Below are positions 26,837 to 28,456 of a stretch of 28,456 bases of DNA, one piece after another. Origin of the DNA: Chthonomonadales bacterium (GTDB taxonomy: Bacteria > Armatimonadota > Chthonomonadetes > Chthonomonadales > Chthonomonadaceae); contig JBBQPO010000045.1 of NCBI GenBank assembly GCA_038217285.1, positions 1-28,456 of the forward strand, written 5' to 3'. The position numbers and the translations under genes were made by a program. The notes under the pieces were generated by a model. The model had not been told where the DNA came from and ran no database searches. It saw only the letters and a program-made list of their open reading frames with translations. Within the stretch, counting starts at the first letter, position 1. Each line of letters starts with the position of its first letter.

Positions 26837-26920
26837 CGTCCGAAGGACGATCCGCCGAAATCCTTTCCTTCCGCACGAAGGATTTGGGGGGGGGGGCGTA
26901 GAGAGGGATGATATCCCTTA
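26837..26920. repeat. Degenerate inverted copy of part of the 10.8-kb REP-like element
   Basis: 26837-26859 is the exact reverse complement of 10830-10852 (23 bp). It is followed by a GTAG-footed palindrome GTAG-AGAGGGAT-GAT-ATCCCTTT (26898-26920). Confidence 0.7.
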
Positions 26921-27152
26921 ATTCTCGTGAACGCCCAAAGCCTTTTGATTATTGTTCCGGTGGGGAGGAATTGCGGTGCATGCCGTCGAACTTCCCGCCA
27001 GAACACCCTTTTTTGAGCGACTGTTATGCTCAAAAACCTTGTTCGCCTCCATTATCGCCTTGAATCACTGTTCGAAGCAAGAATTTTGATCGGCCATTTC
27101 TGTGACGAGAGTCCTTCCCAAAGGGGGATTTCGTCCTGTGAGGAGTAAGACC

Positions 27153-28055
27153 TTGCGCTTTCGCTGGCTCATTCTGTTGGGGGTGGTGTCGATTCTGACG
27201 CCGGTGCGGCCTGCCTACGCGGACGATACGCTGACCCTGGAACTGCCTCCTTCCCAGGCTGCCGTCGAGCAGCGAGCGGCGGAGCGTGCACGGCAGAAAG
27301 CGGCCACCATAGAAGCGGCCAGGCAGTTGACCATGACTCGCCAGCAGACACGCAGCAGTAGCTTCTCCTCAGGCGGCTTCCGTATGCCGTCTCGCGGAGG
27401 CAAGGCGGACCGCGTCGTTGGGCGATTGGGCGAGCTGACGAATTTCACGTCGATCTATCGCACTCAAAGCACCCGCGCGGCCAAATTGACGACCGCTCCG
27501 GCCGGAACTTACGTCGCTATCGAAGAGGACGCGGGGGAGTGGTACGGGGTTCTCATGGCGGATAGCTCCGTGGGCTGGCTGCCCAGGAGCGCGGTAACTC
27601 TGTTAGACTCTCAGGCGGTCATGTCGGGTTCGAACGCGATGCCGTCGTTTGGGGGGGGATCCGACTCTTACTCGCGGACAGCGGGAGCCTACTTTCAGGG
27701 CGATTCGCAGCGGCTCATTCGGGAAGCCTATCGTTACCTGGGCGTTCCGTATCATTGGGGAGGCAATACGGCGAGTGGGCTGGACTGCTCCGCCTTCATG
27801 AAGAATGTTTTTGGTACGTGCGGCTGTGCTCTGCCGCGTACTGCCGCCGAACAGGTCGGGATGGGACTGCCGGTCACGCCGGACCAGCTCCAGCCGGGAG
27901 ATCGTATCTATTTCGGACACGCCTCTATCTCCCACACCGGTCTCTATATCGGCAATGGCTACTTCATTCATGCCTCTTCTGCACACCATCGCGTCGTGAT
28001 CAGTCAGCTCTCAGAATCGCTCTACACGCGCCTCTATGCCTGCGCCCGTCGCTGA
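27153..28055 (+). CDS. Secreted NlpC/P60 (C40) peptidoglycan endopeptidase with SH3-like domain
   Basis: Signal peptide MRFRWLILLGVVSILTPVRPAYA; SH3b-like GEWYGVLMADSSVGWLP; YLGVPYHWGG...GLDCSAF, LPRTAAEQ, LQPGD, SHTGLYIGNG.FIHAS (Cys-His-His). TTG 27153 lies 7 nt behind GAGGAG (GTG 27138 is an alternative). Confidence 0.92.
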   Translation: MRFRWLILLGVVSILTPVRPAYADDTLTLELPPSQAAVEQRAAERARQKAATIEAARQLTMTRQQTRSSSFSSGGFRMPSRGGKADRVVGRLGELTNFTSIYRTQSTRAAKLTTAPAGTYVAIEEDAGEWYGVLMADSSVGWLPRSAVTLLDSQAVMSGSNAMPSFGGGSDSYSRTAGAYFQGDSQRLIREAYRYLGVPYHWGGNTASGLDCSAFMKNVFGTCGCALPRTAAEQVGMGLPVTPDQLQPGDRIYFGHASISHTGLYIGNGYFIHASSAHHRVVISQLSESLYTRLYACARR

Positions 28056-28073
28056 AAGGTCGCTCTAAATGCC

Positions 28074-28111
28074 AGGGGCCGGGGAACTCGACGGTTCCCC
28101 GGCCCTTTTCT
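28074..28111 (+). terminator. Intrinsic terminator between convergent genes
   Basis: GGGCCGGGGAAC (28076-28087) / GTTCCCCGGCCC (28094-28105), a perfect 12-bp stem followed by TTTTCT. Confidence 0.85.
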
Positions 28112-28129
28112 CATGATGCGACCAGAACT

Positions 28130-28456
28130 CTACGGAGACTTGAGGCGATCTGCGGTATTCTGAACACCGGTCGCAACTTTGTCGGACTGATTCTGAACTG
28201 CGGTCTGAATACGGTCGGCCTCATTCTCAACGGCGGTGACGGCGCTTCCCAGCAGGCCGGAACTGGTGTCATCACGGCGGGCTTCGCGCTCATGTTCCGC
28301 CGCCGTGTGATCCGCAGAGCGCTGCTCGGCTCCCGTCGCGTTGATCGTTCGAACCGCTTCGCGATTGGTCTGTTGGGCCGTCTGGTAGGCCGCAACGGTG
28401 TCTGAGTCATATGTTTTTTTCATGGGCGGTGTCAGATCCGTATGGAGCGCCGCATA
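28130..28456 (-). CDS. Hypothetical protein, probably the C-terminal part of a gene truncated by the window edge
   Basis: The 97-aa ORF 28130-28423 stays open upstream to the window end (YAALHTDLTPP-MKKTY...) and has no RBS before the ATG. It is hydrophilic and Ala/Thr/Gln-rich and ends next to the terminator. Confidence 0.55.
   Translation of the reverse strand, partial: YAALHTDLTPPMKKTYDSDTVAAYQTAQQTNREAVRTINATGAEQRSADHTAAEHEREARRDDTSSGLLGSAVTAVENEADRIQTAVQNQSDKVATGVQNTADRLKSP

Noticed and set aside
26791-27033. 80-aa minus-strand ORF in the GH78-NlpC spacer
   Set aside because: It crosses the repeat and G-tract, with no motif or clear RBS.
28111-28410. 99-aa alternative minus-strand ORF
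   Set aside because: Arg/Pro-rich off-frame shadow of the more protein-like 28130-28456 frame.
1-28456. tRNA, rRNA, transposase, integrase or defence genes
   Set aside because: No cloverleaf, rRNA signature or such protein motifs were recognised.

Overview
GC-rich bacterial DNA carrying the 3' end of tuf and the complete S10-spc-alpha ribosomal protein superoperon on the + strand (rpsJ through rplQ, then truA-rplM-rpsI). These are followed by a secreted GH78 alpha-L-rhamnosidase-family gene, an SH3+NlpC/P60 peptidoglycan peptidase with its terminator, and the end of a convergent hypothetical gene. The order secY-adk-map-infA-rpmJ-rpsM-rpsK-rpsD-rpoA-rplQ-truA-rplM-rpsI and the Cys-rich S14/S4/L24/L36 look Terrabacteria-like; Armatimonadota is only a guess. 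Four things depart from the textbook operon. (1) An EF-G paralogue with degenerate GTPase motifs (EF-G2 type) sits between rplE and rpsN. (2) Its stop-codon region is duplicated as an 18-bp direct repeat around a 156-bp hairpin-rich REP-like element, and a second degenerate inverted copy lies near 26.85 kb. (3) Several translation proteins carry long low-complexity extensions (S3 RGG/YSGG tail, S17 and L22 ETPV repeats, L16 acidic tail, IF-1 Pro/Gly leader). (4) Many enlarged intergenic spacers fold into long stems, and one contains a perfect extended -10 promoter. Start codons were re-chosen from RBS position and family N-termini where the ORF track over-extends. All pairings were found by eye, not computed.
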